A stretch of DNA of 59,716 nt from Mayamaea pseudoterrestris (taxonomy: Eukaryota). Position numbers and translations under genes: made by a program. Positions 31,566-42,759 of this stretch are shown piece after piece. The stretch lies in the NCBI GenBank assembly GCA_027923505.1, contig BROI01000006.1, forward strand, positions 1,178,001-1,237,716, given 5' to 3'. The stretch's first letter is position 1. Every line of letters begins with the position of its first letter. The notes beneath the pieces were generated by a model. That model searched no databases. It was not told where the DNA came from and saw only the letters and a list, made by a program, of their open reading frames with translations.

Positions 31566-32876
31566 ATGCCGCCGAAACGAAAGCAAAAGGAGGAAAAAGT
31601 TGCGGCCAAGAAGAAAAGGGTGGAAGTGAAAGACGAGGATTCCGATGACGACGACTCGGACGACGACATGGAATCAGTTTCGGAACGCACAACTTCCAAG
31701 ACTACCAAGGCTGCTACTTTGAAAGGCGACGGCACCTTTTACGAAAAGGACGTTTTAATGGGCCGCGGCAAGCGCGTCTCGGAATGGCCGGGCAACATTT
31801 ACTTTCGACAGTTGATTGCTTCCAATCGCGAAAAGTACTTGGTGGCACCCCGCCACGAAAAGGTGACCATTGCCGATCAAGTCATTCACCAGATTCATTC
31901 CATTGGCGGAAGGTTTCTCAAAGAGCAAGACGACGGACCGGAGGGATGGTACGAGGTGGAACTGGAGCGAGCCGTGGAAAAGACGTGTCAGGCGCTGCGC
32001 GAAAAGGAAAAAACAAAGACGCCAACGGGTGATCCCTTTGCGGATCCAAACAAGAAAACGAGTCTGGTTGATATAACTACTAGTAGCAACAAGAAGAAGT
32101 CGAAAAAGAAAAAGAAGACAAAGAAAAAGAGTACCCTGTTTCATAGGGCGACCAGCGACGACTCGTCCGATGACGACGACGAGGAAGATGTGGAAGGTGA
32201 CAGCAACGAGGAGGAAGAATCGGACGCACAATCACATAGTTCTGGTTCAGTCCGTTCAGAGCCAGAACCTAAAAAGCGCAAGTCGTTACCATCTGCACCA
32301 AACACACCAGCTTCAAAGGGTCCCGACGGCAAGAAAAAGACCAAGCTCGCCGTCGCTGCCGATACGTCCAACATGATTCAGCAGATTCGTTCCTACGACG
32401 AGCACGAAATGCTCAAGCGTTTGCACCAGTTCAAAACCAAGTATGGACACTGCGGGGTTCCTCCCGGCTGGCCGCGCGACGTGCGATTGGCCGACTGGTG
32501 CTCGGCGCAGCGTCAGGTGCATCGCGAAACAATGAATCATCATGATGCATCATCAGCAGCAAACAATGGCCACGCGTCTACTAGCGACACTAGCGACACT
32601 GGATGCTACCGCACACCGAGTCAAGTGGAGCACGACTTGATGAAGGAACTGGACGACATGGAGTTTGTGTGGAACTACCAAGACTGGCACTGGAAGGATC
32701 GCTACGAGCAGCTCATGGCGGTGGAGCACGGCGAATTATTGCCCGCAACGGCCGCCTTTACTCGTAAAGTATTGGTCAAGTGGCTGGCGCATGAGCGGGA
32801 GCATGTGCGAACGGGTGACACCGTCTTGACGGAGGAGCAAGCGGAGGATTTGAAGCGGGCTGGTATCTGTTTGTAA
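31566..32876 (+). CDS. DUF6824 + helicase-associated (HA) domain nuclear protein
   Basis: DVLMGRG...PGN.YFR.LI...Y...GGRFL...EKTCQALRE (DUF6824-type), FKTKYGHCGVP...LADWCSAQR (HA-type) and Lys-rich NLS-like tracts. Confidence 0.82.
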   Translation: MPPKRKQKEEKVAAKKKRVEVKDEDSDDDDSDDDMESVSERTTSKTTKAATLKGDGTFYEKDVLMGRGKRVSEWPGNIYFRQLIASNREKYLVAPRHEKVTIADQVIHQIHSIGGRFLKEQDDGPEGWYEVELERAVEKTCQALREKEKTKTPTGDPFADPNKKTSLVDITTSSNKKKSKKKKKTKKKSTLFHRATSDDSSDDDDEEDVEGDSNEEEESDAQSHSSGSVRSEPEPKKRKSLPSAPNTPASKGPDGKKKTKLAVAADTSNMIQQIRSYDEHEMLKRLHQFKTKYGHCGVPPGWPRDVRLADWCSAQRQVHRETMNHHDASSAANNGHASTSDTSDTGCYRTPSQVEHDLMKELDDMEFVWNYQDWHWKDRYEQLMAVEHGELLPATAAFTRKVLVKWLAHEREHVRTGDTVLTEEQAEDLKRAGICL

Positions 32877-33127
32877 CTGCTGTAGTCGTTGCGAATGGTT
32901 TGCTTGCGAGGTTAAACGACATAATTGACACGACTCATGTAATTCTATTATATGATTTAGTGATTATAAGAGTATTATCGCGTCACTTGTACAATATCGG
33001 GCCAAGCAAGGGAGCAGCATTGAAAGCAATGGCTTGCTACAAAAGCGCAAAGGGGTCATCGTTGCACACGGACTTGTCTTGCTTCCTTGAACTACGTCTT
33101 GTGATTGAGTTGGGTAATGACTCAATG

Positions 33128-33850
33128 TCAAGAGATTGTTCTATTCACAGCGGCGCTAGCCATGAGCGATATTCCTTCCTCCTCGTCCAAGCCCATGTCA
33201 TGAGGGGCAACCGTAGCTCCTGTCATCCCACCACTACTACCACCAGCCTTGACGGGGAACTTGCCTTGCTGGATGAGCCTTGCGACGAAAGTATCAGGTC
33301 CAATGCTTGTCACGAATGCAACGGCGGAACCTTGAATCACTTGTCCGCCCCAGTAGAGTTGCGGCAATGATGTTGGAGTGGCAGCCGCATGGTTCGTTTC
33401 AGCAGCAGCGCCCCTCACAGCGTGACGCGTCCAGGATTGTCGATCCTCTCCCGTCACCTTGCTATGATCGACAATGAATACTTCATCATTGTTCCCATCA
33501 CTACCGTCATGGCTTCTGCTACCATTCGTTGTTTCTATTTCAACGACTCGACAATCGGCAGGCACAAAATCCCCAGCCTCCACTCGAATCAAGTCACCCT
33601 CCACCAAACATGACGCTTCGTATCGCATCCATTTATTGTTTCGTTTGACCTGCGCATCCTCCGGCTGCATGGCGGCAAAGGCTTTGCGCGACGGCAATGC
33701 CTTGAGACATGGCAGCAGGCAGCAAATCCAAGCGGGGCAGCGGCACGGTGGATCAACAATGTTAACGTGTGGTGAGCGTCGCTCTTGGACTTGCTTGGAC
33801 GTGAGACCAGTCTTGATGTTGAGGTTGTATCGTTCAATCAAGTCTTGCAT
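33128..33850 (-). CDS. Stand-alone P-type ATPase N-terminal/actuator domain protein
   Basis: GLTSKQVQERR, LVEGDLIRVEAGDFVPADCRV, VDHSKVTGE and G.A.AFV..IG.DT are present. No TM helices and no DKTGT. Confidence 0.72.
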   Translation of the reverse strand: MQDLIERYNLNIKTGLTSKQVQERRSPHVNIVDPPCRCPAWICCLLPCLKALPSRKAFAAMQPEDAQVKRNNKWMRYEASCLVEGDLIRVEAGDFVPADCRVVEIETTNGSRSHDGSDGNNDEVFIVDHSKVTGEDRQSWTRHAVRGAAAETNHAAATPTSLPQLYWGGQVIQGSAVAFVTSIGPDTFVARLIQQGKFPVKAGGSSGGMTGATVAPHDMGLDEEEGISLMASAAVNRTIS

Positions 33851-33934
33851 GGTACGCTTGCTGCTTGTACTGTTAGCATCGCATGAAGGGGAGGCTCGCG
33901 ATTTTGTGTCATGGTGGATCGCGAAGCAGCAAGG

Positions 33935-33982
33935 GAAAATGTCGCACCGGTATCAAGGAGGTGAAAATGTCGCACCAGTATC
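33935..33982. promoter_or_regulatory. Tandem GAAAATGTCGCACCRGTATC motif in a divergent promoter
   Basis: Two 20-bp copies, one mismatch, 28 bp apart. The same core occurs upstream of several other genes. Confidence 0.5.
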
Positions 33983-34171
33983 GAAGTGAATCACGGACGG
34001 AGCGCGCCATCCATCTCCAAAACGGCCGCGGACACGAACCAGTTCCGTTCGACACGCAACAAACACAGCTCGATCATCTTTGCATCTTTATCGCAGCATT
34101 TTCTTTTGTTCATGACAAACAAATTAACTTGACAAAGATCGACTACGCTTAAACGAATGCTTTGACGAAGC

Positions 34172-35509
34172 ATGAGCTTGCCATGCCGCGAACGTAACAA
34201 CGAAACCAGCAGTGCCAACAGCAGCTCCGACGAAACCAATTACAATGCTATCATTACATATTCTCAAGTGACCATGGAACCAAGAATTGTCGAGAGTATT
34301 GCCGATAATATGATTATTTCTGTTGTTGCTGACCACGGACGAGGCTGCAGTACTAGCAATTACGATGATCCCACTCTCGGTGAAGCATCCGTAACAGCAC
34401 CTTTACCGGCCATCCATTGGAGAACAGAAATGTTCGAGTTCATCGAGGAGCTGCTACTATACACCAAGCATCGAAGCTGGAAGAAGAAACTCTTGACGCT
34501 TTGCATTTTCACTCTGAGTCTCTTGGTCGTGATTGATTTCGTTTGGTTTCATCATGTGAACGAATGGATGACGGACTGCGTCGGATGGCTCTCGTGGCAC
34601 CCCGCGCTGGCCGTCGTTTCGTTTTTGCTGCTCTTTATCGCATGCACATTTCTGTTTGTGCCTCCCGCGTTTTTATTCTTTGGCGCCGGCTACGTGTTTT
34701 GCAACATGACGACCAACATTGGCTTTGGAATACTTGCTTCCATTGTCGTTTGCTACATGGGAACGTTGCTGGGCGCCATGTTGGCGTTTCATCGGGCGCG
34801 CTACATGACGAGAGACTTGATTGTGTTGTTTGCGAAACGGTTTCCCATTATACGGGCGGCGGATCGTGCGTTACGCGTCAACGGCTTTCGCGTCATGCTG
34901 CTGCTGCGGCTGTGTCCCATTGTTCCCTTTAATGCTCTCAACTATATTGGAGGAATACTATCGATATCCGCTACAGACTTTAGCAAGTCACTCATTGGCA
35001 TTGTGCCAGTCATGCTGCTGTGGATTTACTGTGGCGCAACCTCGCAAGTGCTGGGCGAGGAGGCAACACGATTCTCCAATGACAGTGACGACGAAGGTGT
35101 GCGCGTCTCTTGGATCATTCTGCTTGGCAGCGGCACGGGGTTTGGAGTCATTGCCCTGATATTGACCTGGAGGTTTGCCATTAAGGAACTTGGCAAGGAG
35201 ATTGCCAAGGATTCGGCCGAGAATTGGTTTCGCTACAAGCGGCATTGTGACGATGGAGTTGCGGTCAAGGATAATGTCACCGATGCATGCAGCAGTGTCG
35301 ACGAGGGTTTTGAAGTGATTGCATCGCAACGCATACTCGAGGTTGAAGAGGAGCAGGAGCGAGTCGCAGAAGGGGCATTCAAAAGTGTTCATCAACGGCG
35401 ACGATCGGGCATGTTACACTTTATAGGAATTGATACGCATCGCTTGGACGACCACTTTGACCCACCTGACAACGATCAAGACGAGGAGTGGTTCTGGTTG
35501 TTTGCATAG
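34172..35509 (+). CDS. VTT/DedA-family (SNARE-associated Golgi, TVP38/TMEM64-like) membrane protein
   Basis: FVPPAFLFFGAGYVF, GTLLGAMLAF..ARY and LLLRLCPIVPFNALNY, with multiple TM segments. Confidence 0.85.
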   Translation: MSLPCRERNNETSSANSSSDETNYNAIITYSQVTMEPRIVESIADNMIISVVADHGRGCSTSNYDDPTLGEASVTAPLPAIHWRTEMFEFIEELLLYTKHRSWKKKLLTLCIFTLSLLVVIDFVWFHHVNEWMTDCVGWLSWHPALAVVSFLLLFIACTFLFVPPAFLFFGAGYVFCNMTTNIGFGILASIVVCYMGTLLGAMLAFHRARYMTRDLIVLFAKRFPIIRAADRALRVNGFRVMLLLRLCPIVPFNALNYIGGILSISATDFSKSLIGIVPVMLLWIYCGATSQVLGEEATRFSNDSDDEGVRVSWIILLGSGTGFGVIALILTWRFAIKELGKEIAKDSAENWFRYKRHCDDGVAVKDNVTDACSSVDEGFEVIASQRILEVEEEQERVAEGAFKSVHQRRRSGMLHFIGIDTHRLDDHFDPPDNDQDEEWFWLFA

Positions 35510-36234
35510 CAAATTATTCCTCATAGTAGCATTAGCATTCGCTCGGCGCTGTGAGCAACATGTATGGAGCGTCCGTGCGGATAGTTGCGTTTGATGCCGC
35601 TGAGCTTGAGACGCGGAGGAGCTGCCGCGGTAGGACTTTGCTGCGAGTCACTATTGAACTACGTCTGATTCACAATGAGATTATTTCTTGGTGACATCCA
35701 AACATTGGACGAGCTGGTTGGCTTTCAAGAGCGCAATTGGAGCCGTAGTTGTGGAGTCGCGCCGCTATAGTCAGCCATCGAAACATTGTAAAGAAACGGA
35801 GTATACGCTGTTTTAAAAGCTTGAAAAAAAACGCTGTATATGCGGTTGCTGTCAATGTTGCGTCCTGCATACGGTGCAAATTCCCCCAACGAAATTGACT
35901 TAGCGCTGCCCAAAAACGGATTGACAACTGCCACATCTCTGTCTGTTTTAACATATTTTAAGCGTATCACTTGCTGTAATTGCTATTGATGCTTGTTTGC
36001 TCTATTGGTAGAAGTCCACCATCAAGCTCATGAATCTGTAACAGCGCGACTGCATGCAAGCAGTTGGGATGGATATTTGGCTGTGTCATGGTAGCTGGGT
36101 TTGAGCAGCTACGTTTCGATTGGCTCGCTGCCTTCACATCCGGTACTCGTGAGCCAATCGCTGCAACCGCCGCATGATCCTTCGCCGTGCCTCCACACCA
36201 CAAACGTTCCACCATGACGAGTCAAGCGAAAATC

Positions 36235-36906
36235 ATGAGCTCCTCCCGCCGCATGGTCCGCACCTTGGCCAACCGCGTGACGGTGGATTGGTAAGTCGAA
36301 GAGAGAGTGAAATTGTCAAGTTGATGAATCAGGAAATGAGATGGAGTGATTGTAGCAGCAGCTTGAAGGTGCTAGATCGCCCATCTTCATTGGCAGTCTT
36401 GCTATTGTTCCTCTTTCACTCACCATTTTCTAACTATATACAGGTCACGCCCTCAATTTTCCTGTAGCCCCGAAGTGACTTCCAAGTTCAACAAGCTCAA
36501 GGCGTGGGTGTCCATGAGCGAGGCCACCTTTGAAAAGTACCAGTCGCCTCCGTCGTCGATTGACTTTTCAGCGGCCAAGCAGTCGGTCCGCGACCAGGAA
36601 CTGGTCGACATGCTCGAGTCCTTTTACGTAGCGTCCAAGCCGCCGGCCGAGAAATACGAGGTTCCAACTGCCGAAATGCATGAGGCGGATGTCAAGATTG
36701 ACTTTTTGAAGCAAGTCGACGAGTTGAACAAGGAGTTTCTGCCCGTCCTTGAACAAGAAATGGAGTTTCAAAAGAATAACCGCACCACCAAGGATACCAC
36801 CATCTTTGACATGAAGGTCAACTACCCATTGATTCATGAGGAGATTGAAGATGAGTTGGAGCGACGCGAGTGGTTCAAGGATACTGGAATTGGCGCTAAC
36901 AAGTAG
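36235..36906 (+). CDS. Mitochondrial ATP synthase subunit d-like; exons ~36235-36290 and 36444-36906
   Basis: Intron GTAAGT..CAG (36291-36443) joins TVDW/SRPQF. PP..IDF.AAK..V....LVD and C-terminal YP.IHEEIEDELERREW resemble subunit d. An alternative in-frame ATG is at 36214. Confidence 0.7.
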
Positions 36907-36993
36907 ACGAATGAAAATAAGGCGTAAGGTAGTCTTTAAATGAACTTGTTACTCAACGTATGACCAAACAACTAGCGCGCGCTGCAGCGGCTG

Positions 36994-39075
36994 CTACCAG
37001 TCATAGATTCCTTCCAACTGCGAATCGTTTTCGACCGCATGCTTTCGCCTCGCCTTTTGAAGTAGTTTTTGGCGCTCATACGTCGAAAGGAACTTGGCAT
37101 CGTTCGCCGGGCCAACGTATTGGCAAGCAGACGCGCCACTCTGGATGATGCAACGCCACTTGCGATCCAATTCCATCAAATCAAGTCCGTTCGACTCGGG
37201 AATGGTCCAGTAGGTAATGGCGCAGGCGACAAAGCTGGCGTAGCCCGACAGCAGAAACATGTGCAGCACACTCACGCGATGAAACGCAACAGACGCCAGC
37301 AAGGCACCCAGCTTGCCCGAGGCGGCAGCCACACCGTGACAGGTGGTGCGCACCTGCGTTGGAAAAATTTCGGCGGGTATCAGAAACGTGGTGGCGTTTG
37401 GTCCAAGCTGACCGAAGAATGATGACCCCAAGTAGAGCACCACCAGCAGCGTCGGCGACAGAGTATCGTAGGAGAATCCAACACTGACGAACAAGACTCC
37501 CGTCAGAAGGAACCCATATAGTTGCAACCGAAATCGCCCCACCGCCTCATGATCCAGCAACAAGGCCGCTCCAAAGTATCCACAGAGCGCCACCAACGAG
37601 TTGAGCGTGGCGGCTTGGGCAAACTGCCACAGCGACGTTGTTTCTTGGCCCGTCAGCGCCAAAATAAAGGTGCTTTGGAAAAGCTTGTTGCCGTAAAAGG
37701 CAACGTCCCACAGCATCCAGCAAAACGACACGCCAAAGAGGCGGACGCCAAAGTGTTGAAGCAGCAACATGTTGGTGCTAGCTTGCGGTGTTTTGGCGTT
37801 GCCATGTTCGGTCTCTTCGTACATTGGCGCTTCATTTAACATAACGTAGGCATCGTTTTCGTCGTGCTCATCACATGGGACAGCGACGGATGGTGCCGAT
37901 AGCGAGCTGACAGAGCTAGACGACGGACTCGGTTGCGGCGGCGGCGGCCGTTGTTTGCTGCTGGCATGATGCTGCGGAACTTTCGCAGCAGCAGCAGCAG
38001 CAGCAGTCAAGGTTGCGTCGTCATAGTCTTGGTGCTGCTCTTTTCCTATGGCAGAGCAAGTAATTTCGGCTGATGCTTGCTGCTCGCTTTCTTTCAGCAT
38101 CGATGCTGATGCCGCTAGCAATTGTAGCTCTCGCTCATCCTTGTCCGTTTGCCAGGCTTGCGACTCGCTCAGATGTTGACACCGACTCACCAAAACGTAC
38201 GTCAACACCACGGCACCGATTCCATACATACAGCTCCATACAATTTGGAGGCGCGCCTTGTCGTAGTATTCGGCACCGCTGGTTTGGCCCGTCAGTAGGA
38301 GCAGCACCATCATGACGAGCGAGTTGCAAAAAATGCCCACGCCCTGCATGCAAAAGACGAGTTGGACGGCTCGACCGCGGTTCTGCGTTGTTGCGTTTTC
38401 GTCATTATGTTTGACAATTCCGTCATGTTCCCTGGTTGATTGCTGGCGCCTCGCTTCGGTTACTGCTGCTTGCTGTTCACGTTCCATGGTTCGCTCCGAC
38501 GCGGAACTCGCCGAAAGCGGATACTCGCCTCCAACTCCAATGCCAAAGACAAACAAGAGTATCACCATGCACTGCACTAGTTGTTTTGGATGAGATACCA
38601 GTAGCATGCTGACCAGTGTCAAACCGATTGCACCCGTCGCCATGAGACTCGCCGTGGCAATGGATCCAATACGTCGGCCGATGCGATTCGCCAGCAACCC
38701 AAAACCAACCATGCCACACATGACGCCAATTATGACACTATACGTCAGTGACTGTATGAGATTGATGGAACATTCGTCCTTAGTGTCAAAGCAAGATGGC
38801 ATTAATTCACGCCACAGTGGCTGCAGCAGCCCCAAGCTAAAGAGCATGTAGGATTCACCAAACAGTCCGAGGCCTGGCCAAGCGCTTTCGTTGAGCCAAT
38901 TTTGAAAGATTAGTGAATATGAATTTGCACTTTGGTAGTTGCAACTGATATTGTTTTGATAGTCATGGCAATCGTTTTCGGGTGCGGCATCATGCTGATT
39001 GGCAGCAGCAATCGAAATGGAGCGAGTATCGCGAGTCAGACTCTCGTCAGAAGAGTTGACGTTCGACGCCACCAT
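36994..39075 (-). CDS. MFS phosphate:H+ symporter family transporter (PHO84/PHT1-like)
   Basis: GIGVGGEYPLSAS, WMLWDVAFYG and GPNATTFLIPAEIFPTQVRTTCHGVAAASGKLGA, with about 12 TM segments. Confidence 0.88.
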   Translation of the reverse strand: MVASNVNSSDESLTRDTRSISIAAANQHDAAPENDCHDYQNNISCNYQSANSYSLIFQNWLNESAWPGLGLFGESYMLFSLGLLQPLWRELMPSCFDTKDECSINLIQSLTYSVIIGVMCGMVGFGLLANRIGRRIGSIATASLMATGAIGLTLVSMLLVSHPKQLVQCMVILLFVFGIGVGGEYPLSASSASERTMEREQQAAVTEARRQQSTREHDGIVKHNDENATTQNRGRAVQLVFCMQGVGIFCNSLVMMVLLLLTGQTSGAEYYDKARLQIVWSCMYGIGAVVLTYVLVSRCQHLSESQAWQTDKDERELQLLAASASMLKESEQQASAEITCSAIGKEQHQDYDDATLTAAAAAAAKVPQHHASSKQRPPPPQPSPSSSSVSSLSAPSVAVPCDEHDENDAYVMLNEAPMYEETEHGNAKTPQASTNMLLLQHFGVRLFGVSFCWMLWDVAFYGNKLFQSTFILALTGQETTSLWQFAQAATLNSLVALCGYFGAALLLDHEAVGRFRLQLYGFLLTGVLFVSVGFSYDTLSPTLLVVLYLGSSFFGQLGPNATTFLIPAEIFPTQVRTTCHGVAAASGKLGALLASVAFHRVSVLHMFLLSGYASFVACAITYWTIPESNGLDLMELDRKWRCIIQSGASACQYVGPANDAKFLSTYERQKLLQKARRKHAVENDSQLEGIYDW

Positions 39076-39989
39076 ATCTTAACATGCAGACGACTGTGTG
39101 AGTCTCGACAATGTCGTTTACGTCCGCTCTGCAGCCTTGTTCGTTTTGTCGGCCGCCATGGTCGACATTGGCGATTCTCTTGGCTTACACGTCGCACTGG
39201 CAACTTGACTGTTAGTTTTCATTCTCGCTTAAATTCAGCTATCTGCTTGAGCAAATGACTTGGCTCGGGCATTGTAGAGTACATCAACACCTGGTTGTAA
39301 ATAAGCAGATAAACTTCACATTTAGTTATATAGATTTTGTGTCAGTAGCCTGGCAAGGAGAAGCCAACTGCAAGCTCATCCCATTTGCTTACAGGCAATG
39401 CGCGTTGCGCCGCTAATTGCGCTGGCGCCCCGACTTGTGCTATCATAACACATTGCTTCGTACACACAAGACCGGATTTTCTCGCAGACGAAAGTACAAG
39501 CTGTTCAAGTCGTGCTTGACGGCGTGGAGCAATCGGTAGCCCTTGACGCGGTTCCCTGCGTCGACCGTCATGTACGAGCGTCCTGCAGCGTTCAACGTAT
39601 TTAGCATTGCATTGCCGCCTCGACGGCGCGGCTACCTTTTGAGAATGTTCTCGATTGCCTCTATGAAACGCTCGCCGAGCTCTATGATAACAAAATTACT
39701 CGATACACCGAACCAACAGGACTTGCGCGAATGATTCGCAAATCTCCAAGTTGGAGAGCAGCCGTTTTTGCGTCATTCCCGCTCGAATATTCAGCTACTC
39801 CTATGGTATAAAACGTGTAACTGCAGTCGTTGCATATACCGACTACCGCGTAGACACAGCTGAATGAAAAAGGTTTGCTAAGCATTTGCTTTCGGCAACC
39901 GAATCGAATCTGAACCGTGTGGACGAAGTCGATTACTTATTCTATCAACACCGTCATCTATCCTCACTAGTACCATTGGTCAGCTGCCA

Positions 39990-41801
39990 TTAGGGCTGAC
40001 CACAGCGCCAGCACAATGGTGGGTTCTCCCGCAAATGGAAGAAAAGGCAGTTTAAATCGTTCCCTGCCTTTTCTAACATTTCAAACCCTCTGTTGTAGTC
40101 ATTAGCATCACGCAGCATGTAGTTTCGACCCCACCTATTCAGCCGTCTCAGCATCGTGACAGTTTGTTGCACGTTTTCACCCCAGAGGCGCTTCTCCTTG
40201 TCTTCTTCTTCATTGTCACCAAAAACGTTCTGCAAATGCTGAAACTTGACATAGACCCGGAGTGTGAAATTTTTCTTCAACGCACAAAGAAAATTGGGCT
40301 CAGCTCGCTGGAGTTTGCCACTCCTGGTGAAAAATGTAAGGCTAATTGACTCCAACAAGGAAATCTGTGATCCAAAGAGGCACACCAACGCATCATCCAT
40401 GACATTAGCGTAAGGTCCAAGTGCCGGTATAGGAGGCAGCATCAATCTGCGTAGAGTCAGACTTTTAGACGCTGAGTGAATTAGTAACGGCACAGCTTCA
40501 GCATTCATTGAGCAATACGGATTGCTGTAGATTTCATGAATATCAAGTAGCTCAATATAATTCATGGCCAAAATGTTGAGAGCTAGCGCGGATAGAAAAC
40601 GCGATAACTCAGCATCGGGCGGAGCTTCAGGCCAGAACGATATGCGTTGATCGTCAACCAACACAGCGTCGCGAGCTTTAGGCCAAAATGATACACGTAG
40701 ATCGGCAACCAAGGAATGCGAAATCGCTTCAGCAAAGCGCTTGCCATCCATCACGTGCATATTCGTAAGAGATAATGACTCAGTTGCCATGTCTTCAATC
40801 CCGCTGCAAAATGCTTCAAAAGCATCCCTTGCCAAGATGTGAAGGCCATCCAATGCAAGTTTACATATCCGACTACCAGTTATCAATTGAGTGAGGGCAC
40901 TTGCATCTTCCATATCAAGAATATTACCTTCATCTTCAGGAAAAGCGGGGAAGAGCAAAAGACTGAATGGGGTGTTTCTTTGCAATGAGGACAGAACTGC
41001 ACGGTATGAATTTGTTGGTAAGCCATATTCAAGTGACCACAAGCGGGGGCAGTCCTGTAGAGCTCCAGCGAGGCAAGTATAGTCGACAACGCCGTCAGCC
41101 TGCCTCCACAAACCATCATATACAATCTTTAACGCGCTAACATGCCGTAGCTTTTGAATGGCAATTGCGACAACTTGTATGGTATCTTCACGACAAACTA
41201 TTGTGGCAGCAGTAAGTGTTGGAATTGATCCCAGTGCCTGCCAAAATAAGACACACCTAGCTCGAAATGCCTCATCCCAAGATAATCCAAGGAAGGAAAT
41301 ACTGTTTATTGTTGCGGCTTGTAGAACCCTCAAGTGTTGCTCTGCGTCATTGTCTCCCAATGCAAAGAAGTGCTGCAAGTAGCCAAATTCAAAGGTAACA
41401 TGCACTTCCTGCGTATTCTCGAGTGCAGAGTCAATGTTGCATGCCCCGGCTGCGAGCTGCTCTTTGATAGTCCATACAAAAGTCTTCCACGGGTACCTCC
41501 AGATAACAGGCCGAACAATGTAACGACGAGCTGTTTCACGCGTCACCCTATCCACATAGCGAGTGTAGACACTGACCAGCAATTTACTAGCTTCATCTTC
41601 ACAATAACTGAACCAAATTCTTGCCGCCAAAACAAGCAGAACTAGATAATCGAGGTAATGACTGTAGCCTTTGCTACGAGGTGCGATCACTTCGCGCTGG
41701 TCATCAAGAATCGCATCGATGCAATTGACAAAACGTTCGAGCCATGGAGTCGTCGAGGAAGCCAAGCACGAAAAGATATTGATATTTTCTCTATCCCCCA
41801 T
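39990..41801 (-). CDS. Hypothetical RNI-like/degenerate LRR protein of a diatom-expanded family
   Basis: 603-aa ORF with Leu-patterned repeats and C-terminal LNRWGRNY...DLNCLFFHLRENP.LC. Confidence 0.6.
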   Translation of the reverse strand: MGDRENINIFSCLASSTTPWLERFVNCIDAILDDQREVIAPRSKGYSHYLDYLVLLVLAARIWFSYCEDEASKLLVSVYTRYVDRVTRETARRYIVRPVIWRYPWKTFVWTIKEQLAAGACNIDSALENTQEVHVTFEFGYLQHFFALGDNDAEQHLRVLQAATINSISFLGLSWDEAFRARCVLFWQALGSIPTLTAATIVCREDTIQVVAIAIQKLRHVSALKIVYDGLWRQADGVVDYTCLAGALQDCPRLWSLEYGLPTNSYRAVLSSLQRNTPFSLLLFPAFPEDEGNILDMEDASALTQLITGSRICKLALDGLHILARDAFEAFCSGIEDMATESLSLTNMHVMDGKRFAEAISHSLVADLRVSFWPKARDAVLVDDQRISFWPEAPPDAELSRFLSALALNILAMNYIELLDIHEIYSNPYCSMNAEAVPLLIHSASKSLTLRRLMLPPIPALGPYANVMDDALVCLFGSQISLLESISLTFFTRSGKLQRAEPNFLCALKKNFTLRVYVKFQHLQNVFGDNEEEDKEKRLWGENVQQTVTMLRRLNRWGRNYMLRDANDYNRGFEMLEKAGNDLNCLFFHLRENPPLCWRCGQP

Positions 41802-42103
41802 TATAGAAAAGGTAAGCCTGCTGTGTCAGTTGGTGCGATATGACAGATGCACCCGTGGTAGCACATCCACAGTGTGTACGTAATGGAGCCGCGCAAACCA
41901 CATCTGTTGCGCTTCGCATCTCGCGAATCGCTTAAAATCCTATCGCTGCGGTATCAACTTGCGACCGATGACTTCGCGCGACAAGCTCCAATGATTGTTT
42001 CGTAATATGCCGCGCAAACATGGAAGGAGTTACATACAAGTTATTGAAGCAGCAACTAAACAAAAATAGCTAAACCGTTTGACTAGCATTCTATTACTCT
42101 GAC

Positions 42104-42418
42104 TTAAATCTGCATTGGTCCAGGTTCCGCTCCCGGCATTGGCACGGGCGGAGGATTCGATGTACCGGGCGGATTCGGAAGAACAATCGGTGGCTCCTGC
42201 GGCGTTGATGGGGGAGCTCCTGGCGGCGCGTTCGGCTGGGGCGATGGCTTGACTCCACCGGGCGTTCCCTCGGGGCTCAAGGGAGTGAACGCCAAGGCGA
42301 AGGAGGAGCGATGGTGGCGAAACGTGGTAGGCTGAACAACAAAGGCATAGCTCAGTTGAAACATGAGCAAGGTCGCTATAGCGACAAGGAAGAGGTGCAT
42401 GACTGGTCGATTCATCAT
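42104..42418 (-). CDS. Small Pro-rich protein with plastid-type presequence
   Basis: MMNRPVMHLFLVAIATLLMFQLSYA-FVVQP (signal peptide plus F at +1), an Arg/Ser transit-like segment and a Pro-rich mature part. Confidence 0.55.
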   Translation of the reverse strand: MMNRPVMHLFLVAIATLLMFQLSYAFVVQPTTFRHHRSSFALAFTPLSPEGTPGGVKPSPQPNAPPGAPPSTPQEPPIVLPNPPGTSNPPPVPMPGAEPGPMQI

Positions 42419-42759
42419 CGTTGTTGTATTGTTTTGGATTGGATTGTGAACATTGTTTTTCCGATTCCATTCGACACGCTTGACCGAATCCATTCGAAGA
42501 ACAACTCGCATCGCATTCACAATGGGGTAGCTAAACTGGATCACGGGCGAATTCCACGAGTAACGTTGCGATAGGTTCTGAGCTCGCGCTCCACAGCCGC
42601 GCACTCGAGCCGAAACGCCTCCTCGTTCCTTCCTCCTTGTTGGTCATTCCTCGCCCAAGGAGAACGCAATTGTATACGTAACTCTATAACTTGCAAGCTT
42701 GATTGTAGAAAGACAATCGTCTCCTGCATCCAGTCACTCTATTAAACTAAATTATAAAC

